Assembly: GCA_016794035.1 (NCBI GenBank)
Contig: JAEUHS010000019.1
Coordinates: 62,247-126,246, forward strand
Reading direction: 5' to 3'
Source: Planctomycetota bacterium
GTDB taxonomy: Bacteria > Planctomycetota > UBA1135 > UBA2386
DNA: 64,000 bases
Notes under the pieces: model-generated
What the model was told of the DNA's origin: nothing
Seen by the model: only the letters and a program-made list of their open reading frames with translations
Databases searched by the model: none
Part shown: in pieces, positions 18,746 to 27,500 of the stretch
How positions within the stretch are numbered: the stretch's first letter is position 1
Layout: every line of letters begins with the position of its first letter
Position numbers and translations under genes: made by a program

Positions 18746-19224
18746 ACCCATCACGCGACGATCTGCAGAACCTGCACCGCTTCCTGGACGGAGAACTCGA
18801 CGCCGCGGCGGCGGCCGCGTTCCGCACGCGGCTCGCGGCGGCGCCGGACCTGCGCCGGCAGCTCGCGGCCGAACGGGCGCTGCGCGACGGGTTCGTCGCG
18901 GCACGCGGCGGCGTGGTCGCGGCCCCGACCGGATTCACGGCCGACGTGCTGGCGGCGGTGCGGCGGCTGCCGAGTCGCGACCAGCTCGAACAACAGGAGG
19001 TCGCCGATCGGGTCGTGCGCCTGTGCCGACGGCTGTTGCTCGCGGCGGCGGTCCTGTTCGGGGTCGGGCTCGTGTGGCACGGCGGGCTGTTCGACGCGCA
19101 GACCGACAAGCTCGAGGCCGCACCCGACGAGATCCACCGCGAGATGGAACGACTCGATGCGCTGATCCTCGAGGGCGCGCTCGATCGCGGCGGACCGGAC
19201 CGCGGGGGATCGGAGCGCCGCTGA
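18742..19224 (+). CDS. Putative anti-sigma factor (single TM, no zinc-binding Cys)
   Basis: Its ATG overlaps the sigma gene stop (ATGA at 18742-18745). The N-terminus LQNLHRFLDGELDAAAAAAFRTRLAAAPDLRRQL resembles an anti-sigma N-domain but lacks the CxxC of ZAS proteins. It has one TM helix (LLLAAAVLFGVGLVW). Confidence 0.55.
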   Translation: MNPSRDDLQNLHRFLDGELDAAAAAAFRTRLAAAPDLRRQLAAERALRDGFVAARGGVVAAPTGFTADVLAAVRRLPSRDQLEQQEVADRVVRLCRRLLLAAAVLFGVGLVWHGGLFDAQTDKLEAAPDEIHREMERLDALILEGALDRGGPDRGGSERR

Positions 19225-19226
19225 AC

Positions 19227-19604
19227 GTGAAGCGTGTGCCGCTATGGATTCTCGGCGCTGCTCTGGGAAGCTTCGCAGCAGGCATGAACGTCGGTCTGGT
19301 GCTTCCCAAGGTCTTCGCCGCCGACAGCGGCGCCGCGTCGCCGGAGGCGGACTACGTGCGCAGCCTGGTGACCACGTACGGATTGAACGCGGCCCAGGAA
19401 CGTTCGCTGCGGCTCGTGCTGCTGAGCGCGCGCGAGGAGCAGATGGCGGTCTACAGCCGTTTCCAGCCGTCGCAGCTGCCGCCGGCGATCCGCAACGAGG
19501 TGCTGCTCGTGCGCAGTCGCACCGAGCAGCGCATCCGCGCCGTGCTCGACGAGCAGCAGCGGGCACGATTCGACGCCGACAGCCGGCCGCAGGAACCCAG
19601 GTGA
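19227..19604 (+). CDS. Small exported protein with two LTxxQ-like motifs (Spy/CpxP-like, tentative)
   Basis: GTG at 19227, 2 nt after the anti-sigma stop. Hydrophobic N-terminus VPLWILGAALGSFAAGMNVGLVL. Motifs LNAAQERSL and LDEQQRARF sit in a helical Arg/Glu-rich body. Confidence 0.45.
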   Translation: MKRVPLWILGAALGSFAAGMNVGLVLPKVFAADSGAASPEADYVRSLVTTYGLNAAQERSLRLVLLSAREEQMAVYSRFQPSQLPPAIRNEVLLVRSRTEQRIRAVLDEQQRARFDADSRPQEPR

Positions 19605-19619
19605 GACTCAGGTGACAGC

Positions 19620-21611
19620 ATGGTGAAGAGCATCGGCATCGATCCCGGCGACCACTCGGTGAAGGTCGTCGAGCTGGAGGGCAGCTACCGGAAGACCCGG
19701 CTGGTGCGCGTGCACACGGCTTCGCTCGCGGCGGCGCCCGATGCCGTCGCGCGCGCCGAGGCCGTCGCCGCCGCCGCCGAGGCGGCGCGCGAGGAAGGCA
19801 TGCGCGGCGACGTCCGGCTCGGCCATCCGTGCCGCGAGGCGGTGCTGCGCGTCATCGAACTGCCGTTCAAGGGTCACGACGCGATCCGCAAGGTCGTCAA
19901 GGCCGAGGTCGAGGGCGAGATCCACAGCCACACGCTCGACGACATGGTCGTCGACTTCCACGAGATCGGCGAGGGCGTCGACGGCGGCACCCGTGTGCTG
20001 GTCGCCAGCGTGCCGAAGCCGGGCCTGCGGCTGCAGATCGAGGCGCTGGCGGCGCACGGCATCGAGCCGGAGACGGTCGACCTCGACACGATGGCGCTGT
20101 GGCGCGCCGCCGACCGGGCCGGCGCGTTCGAGGTGGAGGCGGCCGATGCGGCCCCCGCGGGCGCGCCGGCGGCGGTGACCGCGATCGTCGACCTCGGCGC
20201 CCGCAGCGTGAAGGTGCTGCTGGTCGAGGGCGATCGGTTGGTGGAGATGCGCACGCTGCGCGTCGGCGACGCCGTGGTCAGCGACGAGATCGCGCGGTTG
20301 CACGGCCTCGACGCGGCGACGGCGCGCGACGTGACGCACGAGTGCCTGCGGACCGGCACCGACCAGCGGCTCGATGTCGCGGCGGCGCTGCCGGTCGCCG
20401 CCGAGGGCGCGCCCGCCGTGTCCGAGGTCGAGCAGCCGCCCGCCCGCCACGTCACCATCCGCTTCACCGAGGTCGATGCCGCGCAGACCGCCTATCTGCA
20501 GCGCCTCGCGCGCGAGCTGACCCGCTTCCTGACCGCCTCCGGGCGCGCCGTGCGCATCGGTGCCCTGTGGATCACCGGCGGCGCCAGCGTGCGCGCCGAC
20601 GCGAAGGACATGCTGCGCGAGGTGTTCGGCGTCGAACCGCGCGAACTCGATCTGCTGTCGCACCTGGAGCACGACCTGTCGCCCGACGAGGTCGACGAGC
20701 TGGGTCCCCGGCTCGTCACCGCGATCGGCCTGGCGCTGGGTCGCATGGGCGGTCCCGAGGGCTTCGACCTGCGGCAGGAGGACCTGACCCTGTCGCGTGG
20801 CTTCGACAAGCTGAAGTTCCCGCTGGCGATCGCCTGCATGGTGGCGTGGCTGGCGCTGTTCGTGCATGCGAACAAGCGCGCGATGGAGCTGAAGAACCTC
20901 GAGCTCTACATCGGCCAGACGTTCATCGACAAGTCGAAGCCGAACGCGCCGCCGCAGTTCCACGGCATGTTGAACTCGGTGTTCACGACGCGTTGGTTCG
21001 AGAACGCGCAGAACTTCCGGCTCGAGCAGGCGAAGGGCAAGGACTACACCTACAAGGACCTGATCGCCGAGATCACCGAGGCGCCGGTGCACAAGCGCCT
21101 GCAGCTCGTGCGCGACAAGCTGCGCGCGGTCGCCGACCAGAAGCAGAAGCAGTCCGGCGTCTACGAGGACGTCTCGCTGGAGTCAGGCCTCGCGGTGCTG
21201 GTGCGCTGGTCGGAGATGCTGCGCACGGTCGAGCCGCAGCTCGGCCGCTACCTGGTGCCGCGCATCGAGCTCGGCATGAAGACGCCCAGCCGCCGGCTGG
21301 AGTTCACGGTCGCGTTCCGCGGCGAGGACTTCCGCGAGCGCATGAGCGTGCTCGAGCAGGCGATCGAGGCCGAATACAACAAGGCCGACACGCCGTTCGA
21401 GCGGCCGAAGGGCAGCGACCGGGGCTCGGTCGAGGAGCGCTTCCGCGACTCGGACGAGACCGGCATCAGCGGTGCCTACTACAAGGTCACGATGCGGGTG
21501 AAGGACGTGTTCGAGCCGTTCGGCCCGAGCAGTTCGGCCGCGATCGGCGCGGCGTCGCCGTCGCTCGCGGCGCCGCAGGATCGGGTCGCCACCCTGGAGG
21601 ACCGTCGATGA
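19620..21611 (+). CDS. PilM-like actin-fold ATPase domain fused to a TM segment and a ~240-aa periplasmic domain (PilM-PilN / GspL-like architecture)
   Basis: The N-terminus MVKSIGIDPGDHSVKVVELEG is followed by IVDLGARSVKVLLVEG and LWITGGASVRADAKDMLREVFG, the FtsA/PilM-type phosphate motifs. After that come the TM helix FPLAIACMVAWLALFVHA and a charged periplasmic region. Confidence 0.55.
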   Translation: MVKSIGIDPGDHSVKVVELEGSYRKTRLVRVHTASLAAAPDAVARAEAVAAAAEAAREEGMRGDVRLGHPCREAVLRVIELPFKGHDAIRKVVKAEVEGEIHSHTLDDMVVDFHEIGEGVDGGTRVLVASVPKPGLRLQIEALAAHGIEPETVDLDTMALWRAADRAGAFEVEAADAAPAGAPAAVTAIVDLGARSVKVLLVEGDRLVEMRTLRVGDAVVSDEIARLHGLDAATARDVTHECLRTGTDQRLDVAAALPVAAEGAPAVSEVEQPPARHVTIRFTEVDAAQTAYLQRLARELTRFLTASGRAVRIGALWITGGASVRADAKDMLREVFGVEPRELDLLSHLEHDLSPDEVDELGPRLVTAIGLALGRMGGPEGFDLRQEDLTLSRGFDKLKFPLAIACMVAWLALFVHANKRAMELKNLELYIGQTFIDKSKPNAPPQFHGMLNSVFTTRWFENAQNFRLEQAKGKDYTYKDLIAEITEAPVHKRLQLVRDKLRAVADQKQKQSGVYEDVSLESGLAVLVRWSEMLRTVEPQLGRYLVPRIELGMKTPSRRLEFTVAFRGEDFRERMSVLEQAIEAEYNKADTPFERPKGSDRGSVEERFRDSDETGISGAYYKVTMRVKDVFEPFGPSSSAAIGAASPSLAAPQDRVATLEDRR

Positions 21612-22237
21612 ACTTCCTGCGTTCCCTCGACCTCTACAAGGTCGTGATCCTGCTGTCGCTGGTGCTGCTGCCGCTCGGCGGCTGGTACTGCCTGCAGCTC
21701 GACGAGGACATCGCCGCCAGCCGCAAGGCGATCCAGGATGCGAAGCGACCCGGCGGCCTGCTGGAGCAGATCGGCACGCTGCAGAAGAAGGTCGAGGTCG
21801 TGGTGCAGAACAAGCTCAGCACCTCGGACACGATCAACATGCCGCGCCGCTACTTCGAGGGGCAGATCCTGCAGGCCGGCGGGGCCAACCTGAAGACCGA
21901 CGACTTCGGCCTGACGGATCCGAAGGAGGAACCGGCGACGATCCCGGGCAGCAAGCAGCGGGCCTCCGACTTCGTGGTCGACGTCACCTGGCCGCGCACC
22001 GACTTCGCGGTCCAGCTGGCGTTCGTCTACGCGCTGCTGTTCAACTGCGAGTCGGGCGCCGGCGCCGGCCTCGCGGGTGCCGGGCAGTCGATCTGGAAGC
22101 TGCGCGACCTGCAGCTGATCAACGCGACCGACGAACGGCTCATGGCCGGCTACAAGACGCCGCCGCCCGAACTGTCCGACAAGTGGACGATCCGCTCGAT
22201 GAAGTTCGCGCGCCGGGAACCGCGCAAGGGCAACTGA
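21608..22237 (+). CDS. Bitopic membrane protein, PilO/GspM-like topology
   Basis: Its ATG overlaps the upstream stop (ATGA at 21608-21611). N-terminal TM helix VVILLSLVLLPLGGWYCL, then a short coiled coil (IAASRKAIQDAKRPGGLLEQIGTLQKKVEVVVQNK) and a periplasmic domain. Confidence 0.4.
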   Translation: MNFLRSLDLYKVVILLSLVLLPLGGWYCLQLDEDIAASRKAIQDAKRPGGLLEQIGTLQKKVEVVVQNKLSTSDTINMPRRYFEGQILQAGGANLKTDDFGLTDPKEEPATIPGSKQRASDFVVDVTWPRTDFAVQLAFVYALLFNCESGAGAGLAGAGQSIWKLRDLQLINATDERLMAGYKTPPPELSDKWTIRSMKFARREPRKGN

Positions 22238-22240
22238 GTC

Positions 22241-22705
22241 GTGCCTCGCTGGCCGCGCCTGCTGGCCTGCGTCTGCACGCTGGGCTTCGCCGCGTGCACG
22301 TCGGTCGTGCAGTACACCGATGAGCTCGTCGACGGACGTCATGGCCGCACCTGGTTCACGCGCCTGCCGGCGACGATCGGTGCGACCACCGGCTTCGCCG
22401 CCGGCGTGCCGATCGACGTCGTCGCGCTGCCGCTGACCTGGGTCTGGTATCGATCGCAGGCGAAGGAGACCCGCGACCCGATCTCGGTGTTCCTGTTCCC
22501 GTCGTTCGTGCTCTGGAAGGCCGGCGCGCTGGTCGGGTCGCCGTTCGACCTCGTCGAGTGGGGCGCGTGGCGGTCGTGGCAGCCGGCGGTGCCGATCACG
22601 CAGGAGGAGCGCGAGAGCATCGAGCGCAGCTGGGACGCGAAGGAGTACACCGAGTATCCGGTGACGCCGCTGTATCCGCTGCCGAACGCGGTCGAACAGC
22701 CGTGA
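22241..22705 (+). CDS. Membrane lipoprotein (154 aa)
   Basis: GTG at 22241, 3 nt after the upstream stop. Lipobox LLACVCTLGFAAC. Two further hydrophobic segments (ATIGATTGFAAGVPIDVVALPLTWVW, ISVFLFPSFVLWKAGALVG). Confidence 0.6.
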   Translation: MPRWPRLLACVCTLGFAACTSVVQYTDELVDGRHGRTWFTRLPATIGATTGFAAGVPIDVVALPLTWVWYRSQAKETRDPISVFLFPSFVLWKAGALVGSPFDLVEWGAWRSWQPAVPITQEERESIERSWDAKEYTEYPVTPLYPLPNAVEQP

Positions 22706-22795
22706 GTCCCGGCCGCGCCCCATAGTCGATCGAGGCGAGGGCCGGTACGCTGTGCGCGTGCATCCGACGACCGAACCCCGGCGCTCGCAGCGAGG

Positions 22796-23800
22796 ATGAG
22801 CCACGCCGCGCTCGCACTGAAGAAGCTCGCCGAGCGCATCCTGGCCAAGGGCCCGGATCTGCCGTTGGCGATGCTGCTGGAGCTGGCGGTGCCCGTGACG
22901 CGGTTGCGCGACCTCGCGCGGCGGCAGGGACTGTCGCCGAAGGGTGGCTTCCGCATCGAGCGCGCGCCGGCGCACGTACTGGCGCCGCTGCTGGCCGAGC
23001 AGCGCGACCCGACCCAGCTCGACGAGGTGCTGCGCCTGCTGTTGCCGGAGGCGATCGCCAGACCCGCGCCCGCGGCCGCGTCGCCGGCGCTGGCCGACGC
23101 CCAGGCGCTGCTGGCGCTGCGCGAGGCCGAACTGGGCCGCCTGCGCGCCGAGGTCGACCGCATGCGCGACGCGGCGGCGCGCACGCGGGAGCGGGAGAGC
23201 GAACTGGCCCGTCGGCTCGAACTCGCCGAACGCGATCGTGCCGTGCTGCAGGGCCGTCTGCAGCAGCGCGCCGGGTCGTCGGCGCCGGCGGGAGAGTCGC
23301 CGCGCGACGCGCGCGACCTGCAGCGGCGCGTGCACGAACTCGAGGACGAGCGCGAGGGCTTCCTCGCCGCCGACACGGCGCTGCGGCGGCAGCTGGCCCA
23401 CAACCAGACGCGCATGCGCGAGCTGATGCAGACCGTCGCCGAACTCGAGCCGCTGGTGCCGAAGGGACGCCGCCGCCACAAGCCGGCGCTCGAGCCGGAG
23501 CCGCCGCCGGCGACGTTCCGCATGCCGTACTTCGCCGCGTCGTTCTACAAGTCGCTGGCCGGCAAGGACCGCCGCGCGATCGAACGCGCGGTGCACGCGG
23601 TGCTGCTGTTCTGCACCGAGGGCTACGGCTATCCGGGGCTGGAGGTGAAGCAGATGGGTGGCCAGGACACCTGGAGCCTGCGGGCCTCGCGCGGGCTGCG
23701 CGTCTACTTCCGTCCGCGCAGCGACGGCGACATCGAGATCCTCGAATGCGCCGATCGTGAGGAGCAGCACACCACGCTGCGGCGGCTGAAGGAGCGCTGA
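22796..23800 (+). CDS. Coiled-coil protein with C-terminal RelE/ParE-fold-like domain (334 aa)
   Basis: The middle of the protein is heptad-like (LREAELGRLRAEVDRMRDAAARTRERESELARRLELAERDRAVLQGRLQQ). The C-terminal ~95 aa, FYKSLAGKDRRAIERAVHAVLLF..GLEVKQMGGQDTWSLRASRGLRVYFRPRSDGDIEILECADREEQ, follows the RelE/ParE toxin pattern (..kkl.g....w.lR.g.yRv.y......i.il....R.e). Confidence 0.5.
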   Translation: MSHAALALKKLAERILAKGPDLPLAMLLELAVPVTRLRDLARRQGLSPKGGFRIERAPAHVLAPLLAEQRDPTQLDEVLRLLLPEAIARPAPAAASPALADAQALLALREAELGRLRAEVDRMRDAAARTRERESELARRLELAERDRAVLQGRLQQRAGSSAPAGESPRDARDLQRRVHELEDEREGFLAADTALRRQLAHNQTRMRELMQTVAELEPLVPKGRRRHKPALEPEPPPATFRMPYFAASFYKSLAGKDRRAIERAVHAVLLFCTEGYGYPGLEVKQMGGQDTWSLRASRGLRVYFRPRSDGDIEILECADREEQHTTLRRLKER

Positions 23801-24525
23801 TGCGCGCGCCGCGCCGACAGCCGGTGTTCCTGCGCGCGGACGACAAGGTCGCGTTCCCCGATCCCGAGCTGTACGACCGCGATGGCCTGGTCGCGATCGG
23901 CGGCGACCTCGGCAGCCGGCGGCTGCTGCAGGCGTATCGCCAGGGCATCTTCCCGTGGTACGCCGAGGGCTACGTGCCGATGTGGTGGAGCCCCGACCCG
24001 CGTGCGCTGCTGACGCCGGTGAGTCTGCACGTGCCGCGTCGGCTGGCGCGCGTGCTGCGCCGCGGCGACTTCGAGCTGACCTGGAACCGCTGCTTCGCGC
24101 GGGTGATGACCGAATGCGGCAAGCGGCGCAGCGAAGGCACCTGGGTGATCCCGGAGATGGTGCGCGCCTACACGCGCCTGCACGAACTCGGCCACGCGCA
24201 CAGCCTCGAGGTCTGGCAGGACGGCGAGCTGGTCGGCGGCACCTATGGCGTGCAGGTCGGCGCCCTGTTCGCCGCGGAATCGAAGTTCCACCGCCGCACG
24301 GACATGTCGAAGGTCGCCCTGGTCGCGCTGGTCGGCTCGCTGTTCGCGGCCGGCATCGAGCTGCTCGACGTGCAGTTCACGACCACGCATCTGCGGGCCC
24401 TGGGTGCCTACGACGTGCCGCGCCGGGAATACCTCGCGCAGCTGCGCGTCGCACGGCAGCGCGTGGTCGACCTGCGTCGGCTGGTGCCGCGCATCCTGCC
24501 CCTGCCGGCGCCGGATGGAACGTGA
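23800..24525 (+). CDS. aat: Leucyl/phenylalanyl-tRNA--protein transferase
   Basis: LLQAYRQGIFPWY, WWSPDPR, TWNRCFARVMTECG, WVIPEMVRAYTRLHELGHAHSLEVW, GGTYGVQVGALFAAESKF. The ATG shares its A with the upstream TGA (TGATG). Confidence 0.9.
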   Translation: MRAPRRQPVFLRADDKVAFPDPELYDRDGLVAIGGDLGSRRLLQAYRQGIFPWYAEGYVPMWWSPDPRALLTPVSLHVPRRLARVLRRGDFELTWNRCFARVMTECGKRRSEGTWVIPEMVRAYTRLHELGHAHSLEVWQDGELVGGTYGVQVGALFAAESKFHRRTDMSKVALVALVGSLFAAGIELLDVQFTTTHLRALGAYDVPRREYLAQLRVARQRVVDLRRLVPRILPLPAPDGT

Positions 24526-24592
24526 CGTCCGCGGTCCGGGCGACTGTTCTCGCTGCGCGAGTGTGATAGCTTCCGCGGCCCCGAGGAGATCC

Positions 24593-27500
24593 ATGAGCTT
24601 GTGCGCCGACCACTGCTGGCAGACACCCTTCGCGGCCACGGTCGCAACCGCGGCCGCGGTTGCCGACCCGGGCCGAGCCGGTCTGCCGCCGTCGGCCTCG
24701 CGCCCGGCGACGCCGCGGGCGGCGCGTGCGAGCGTCGGACGCCGGCTCAGCGCGGCGATGCTGCTCGCCGTTCTCGCCGCCGCCCCGGTGGCGCAGGCAC
24801 CGGTGCCGTCGTCGCCGGCGCGACCGACGGTGCCCGCGGCGCCACCGGCCACGCCGGCGCCGACGCCAGTCGACGGTGCGCCCGCGGCGCCGCCGCAGGA
24901 TCCGGCGGCGGCTGTCGCGGCGACCGCCGCGGCGAAGGCCAAGACCGCCGCGGCGGCGCGGCTGCAGAAGTGGAAGCAGCTGAAGTTCGATCGTCGACCG
25001 TCGGCGATCCTGCGGGCGTGGGCGGCGCCCGAGCTGAAGCCGTACGATCCGGCCGAGGAGAAGGGCGTGCCGGCCAACGGTGCGCCGCCGGCGTCGACCG
25101 GAGGCGCGCCGTCACCGGCGGCCACGCCGGCCGACGACCCGCCGTTCGAGTTCGAGGTGTTCGAGATCGACGGCATGCCGACCATCCTGCCGCCACCGGA
25201 GCGCACCGCGTCGCCGCCGCCGGCACCCGGCGCGCCCGCAGCGGCCGGGACCGATGCGCCCGCCGCCGGCGATGCCGAGCAGCAGCTCGCCGAGAAGCGG
25301 CTGCAGCGTGAGCTCGAGATGGTGCAGCGCGACGTGACGCTGGGGCGCTGGCCGCAGGTCGCCGCGTTCCTGCAGACGTTCGCCGAGCCGGACCGACAGC
25401 CGGCCTACGAGCACTTCCTGGCCGCCGTGCTGAATCCGCCGCCACAGCCGGATCAGAAAGTGCCGCCGAATCTGCAGGAGAAGAACCACTTCACCTTCAC
25501 CGACGCGCTGGCGCTGGCCGGCATGGCGCCCGGGGGCTTCGCCAAGCAGCAGGCGCCGAAGCTGGCCCCGATCGTGCAGCGCGCCATCGACACCGGCAGC
25601 GTGCTCGAGGAGCTGGTGCGCCTGCTCGGCGTCGAGGTGGCGAAGCCCGCGACCGAGCAGCGCCTCGACCGCCGCGAGGCGGCTCTGCTGCTGGCAGCGC
25701 TCGGCCAGGAGGGCGAGATGAAGCCGTTCCTGCCGTCGGCCGAGGAGGCCGAGACCGCGAACGACCGGGAAGGGCTGAATCTGATCGCGCGCTGCAACCT
25801 CGCGCGCTTCGCGGTCGAGAAGAGCCGCGAGTTCCTCGAGAACGCCTGGACGGCGACGCAGGCGGCGCTGGCGCGCGGCGAGATCGGCGAGGCCGAGAAG
25901 GCCGAGGCGCTGCTGCGCGCGGTCGAACTGGCGCCGAAGGTGCGCGACGACCTGGGCCCGGCCTGGCTCGCCGAGAGCTTCACGCAGCGGCCGCAGCGCG
26001 GCATGGAGATCGTGGCGACGATCGGCGGCCAGGTGGCGAAGGGGTTCCAGGACAAACCGCAGGACCCGGAGTACCGGGCCAAGGGGCTGCAGCTGCAGAA
26101 GACGGCCGTCGAGGCGCTGCTGCACACGGCGCCGGAGCTCGCCGATCAGTGGCAGAAGACGCTGGGTCTGCTGGCTTCGGGCTGGATCGTCGAAGCCGCC
26201 TTCAGCACCGCGAACTCGCAGTCGGACTCGATGGGTCCGGTCATGGAGCGCGACGAGTTCGGCAACATCTTCTGGACCAACCAGCGCCGCGGCGGCGGCA
26301 ACCAGGTGCTCGCGATCGAGCCGGCCGACGTGATCGCCGCGCAGCCCGGGCCCGAATGGGCGGCGCTGCTCGACGATGCCCTGCGTCCGCACTTCACGAC
26401 CGTGGCGGCGCAGCTGTACCTGAAGGTCAACGAACCGGAGCGCGCGTTCCCGTTCATCGAGCAGCTCGCGCAGGTCAACCCGCGCAAGGCGAAGGACCTC
26501 GCGCAGCAGTTCCTGCGCGTCTGGATGCGCAACAACAACCCGAACGCCCAGCGCCGCACCAACTCGTACATGTTCATGTACGGGTTCGAGCGCCGTTCGG
26601 CCGGCATCCCGCTGACGCGCAGCAAGCAGGAGCGCAACCTGCAGGAGCTGGGCAGCTGGGTCGAACGGCTGCGCCAGCTGCCGATCGGCGGCGTCGACGA
26701 GAAGCTGCTCAGCGAGGCGTTCGTCGCGGCGCACAGCGCGGCCGAGGTCTACCGGCTGGAGACGATCGAGAAGGTGTTCGGCGACGTCGCCGATCTCGAT
26801 CCGGTGCTGCTCGGCGAGCTGCTCGGCACCATGCGCACCAACCTGGCGACGACCTGGCGGCGGCCGGACGTGCAGGAGGAGGCGAAGACCAAGCGCACGC
26901 AGCGCGAACTGCTGACCGAGGTCGCCAAGGGCTACGACACGGCGCTGGAGGTGGCGCGGCGGGCGCTGGAGAAGCGTGGCGCGCACTGGGCGCTGTTGTC
27001 GGTCGTGGCCTCGATCCTGCACGATCGGAACAACTTCTCGCGCGAACTCGGCCGCAGCAGCGACTTCGCCGAGACGCGCAAGGCGGCGTTCCAGCTGTTC
27101 GACCAGGCCGCCGAACACTACATCTCGATCGCCGACGACCTGCGGCTGGACCAGGAGACGATCCGGCCGTTCGACACCTGGTTCTACGCCGCGCTCGGCG
27201 CCGCCGACCTCGGCGCCATCGACGAGGACACGGTGCTGGCCAAGAGCCAGCTGCCGCGCATCCGCGAGGCGCTCGACGAACTGCCGGAGGGCAGCCGCGA
27301 ACGGCACCTGGCGATGTTCGCCAACGCGCTGTTCACCCGCATGTCGGCGGTGAAGCCGCAGATCAAGTACCGCTACCTCGAGGCCGGCTTCGCGATCGTC
27401 GGCGACCATTCGCAGGCGGCCGAGGCGAAGAAGGTCTGGGACTACTACCAGGACCTGATCCGCGAGCTGCGACTCGAAGCGGTGGTGGAGGGGTCGACGA

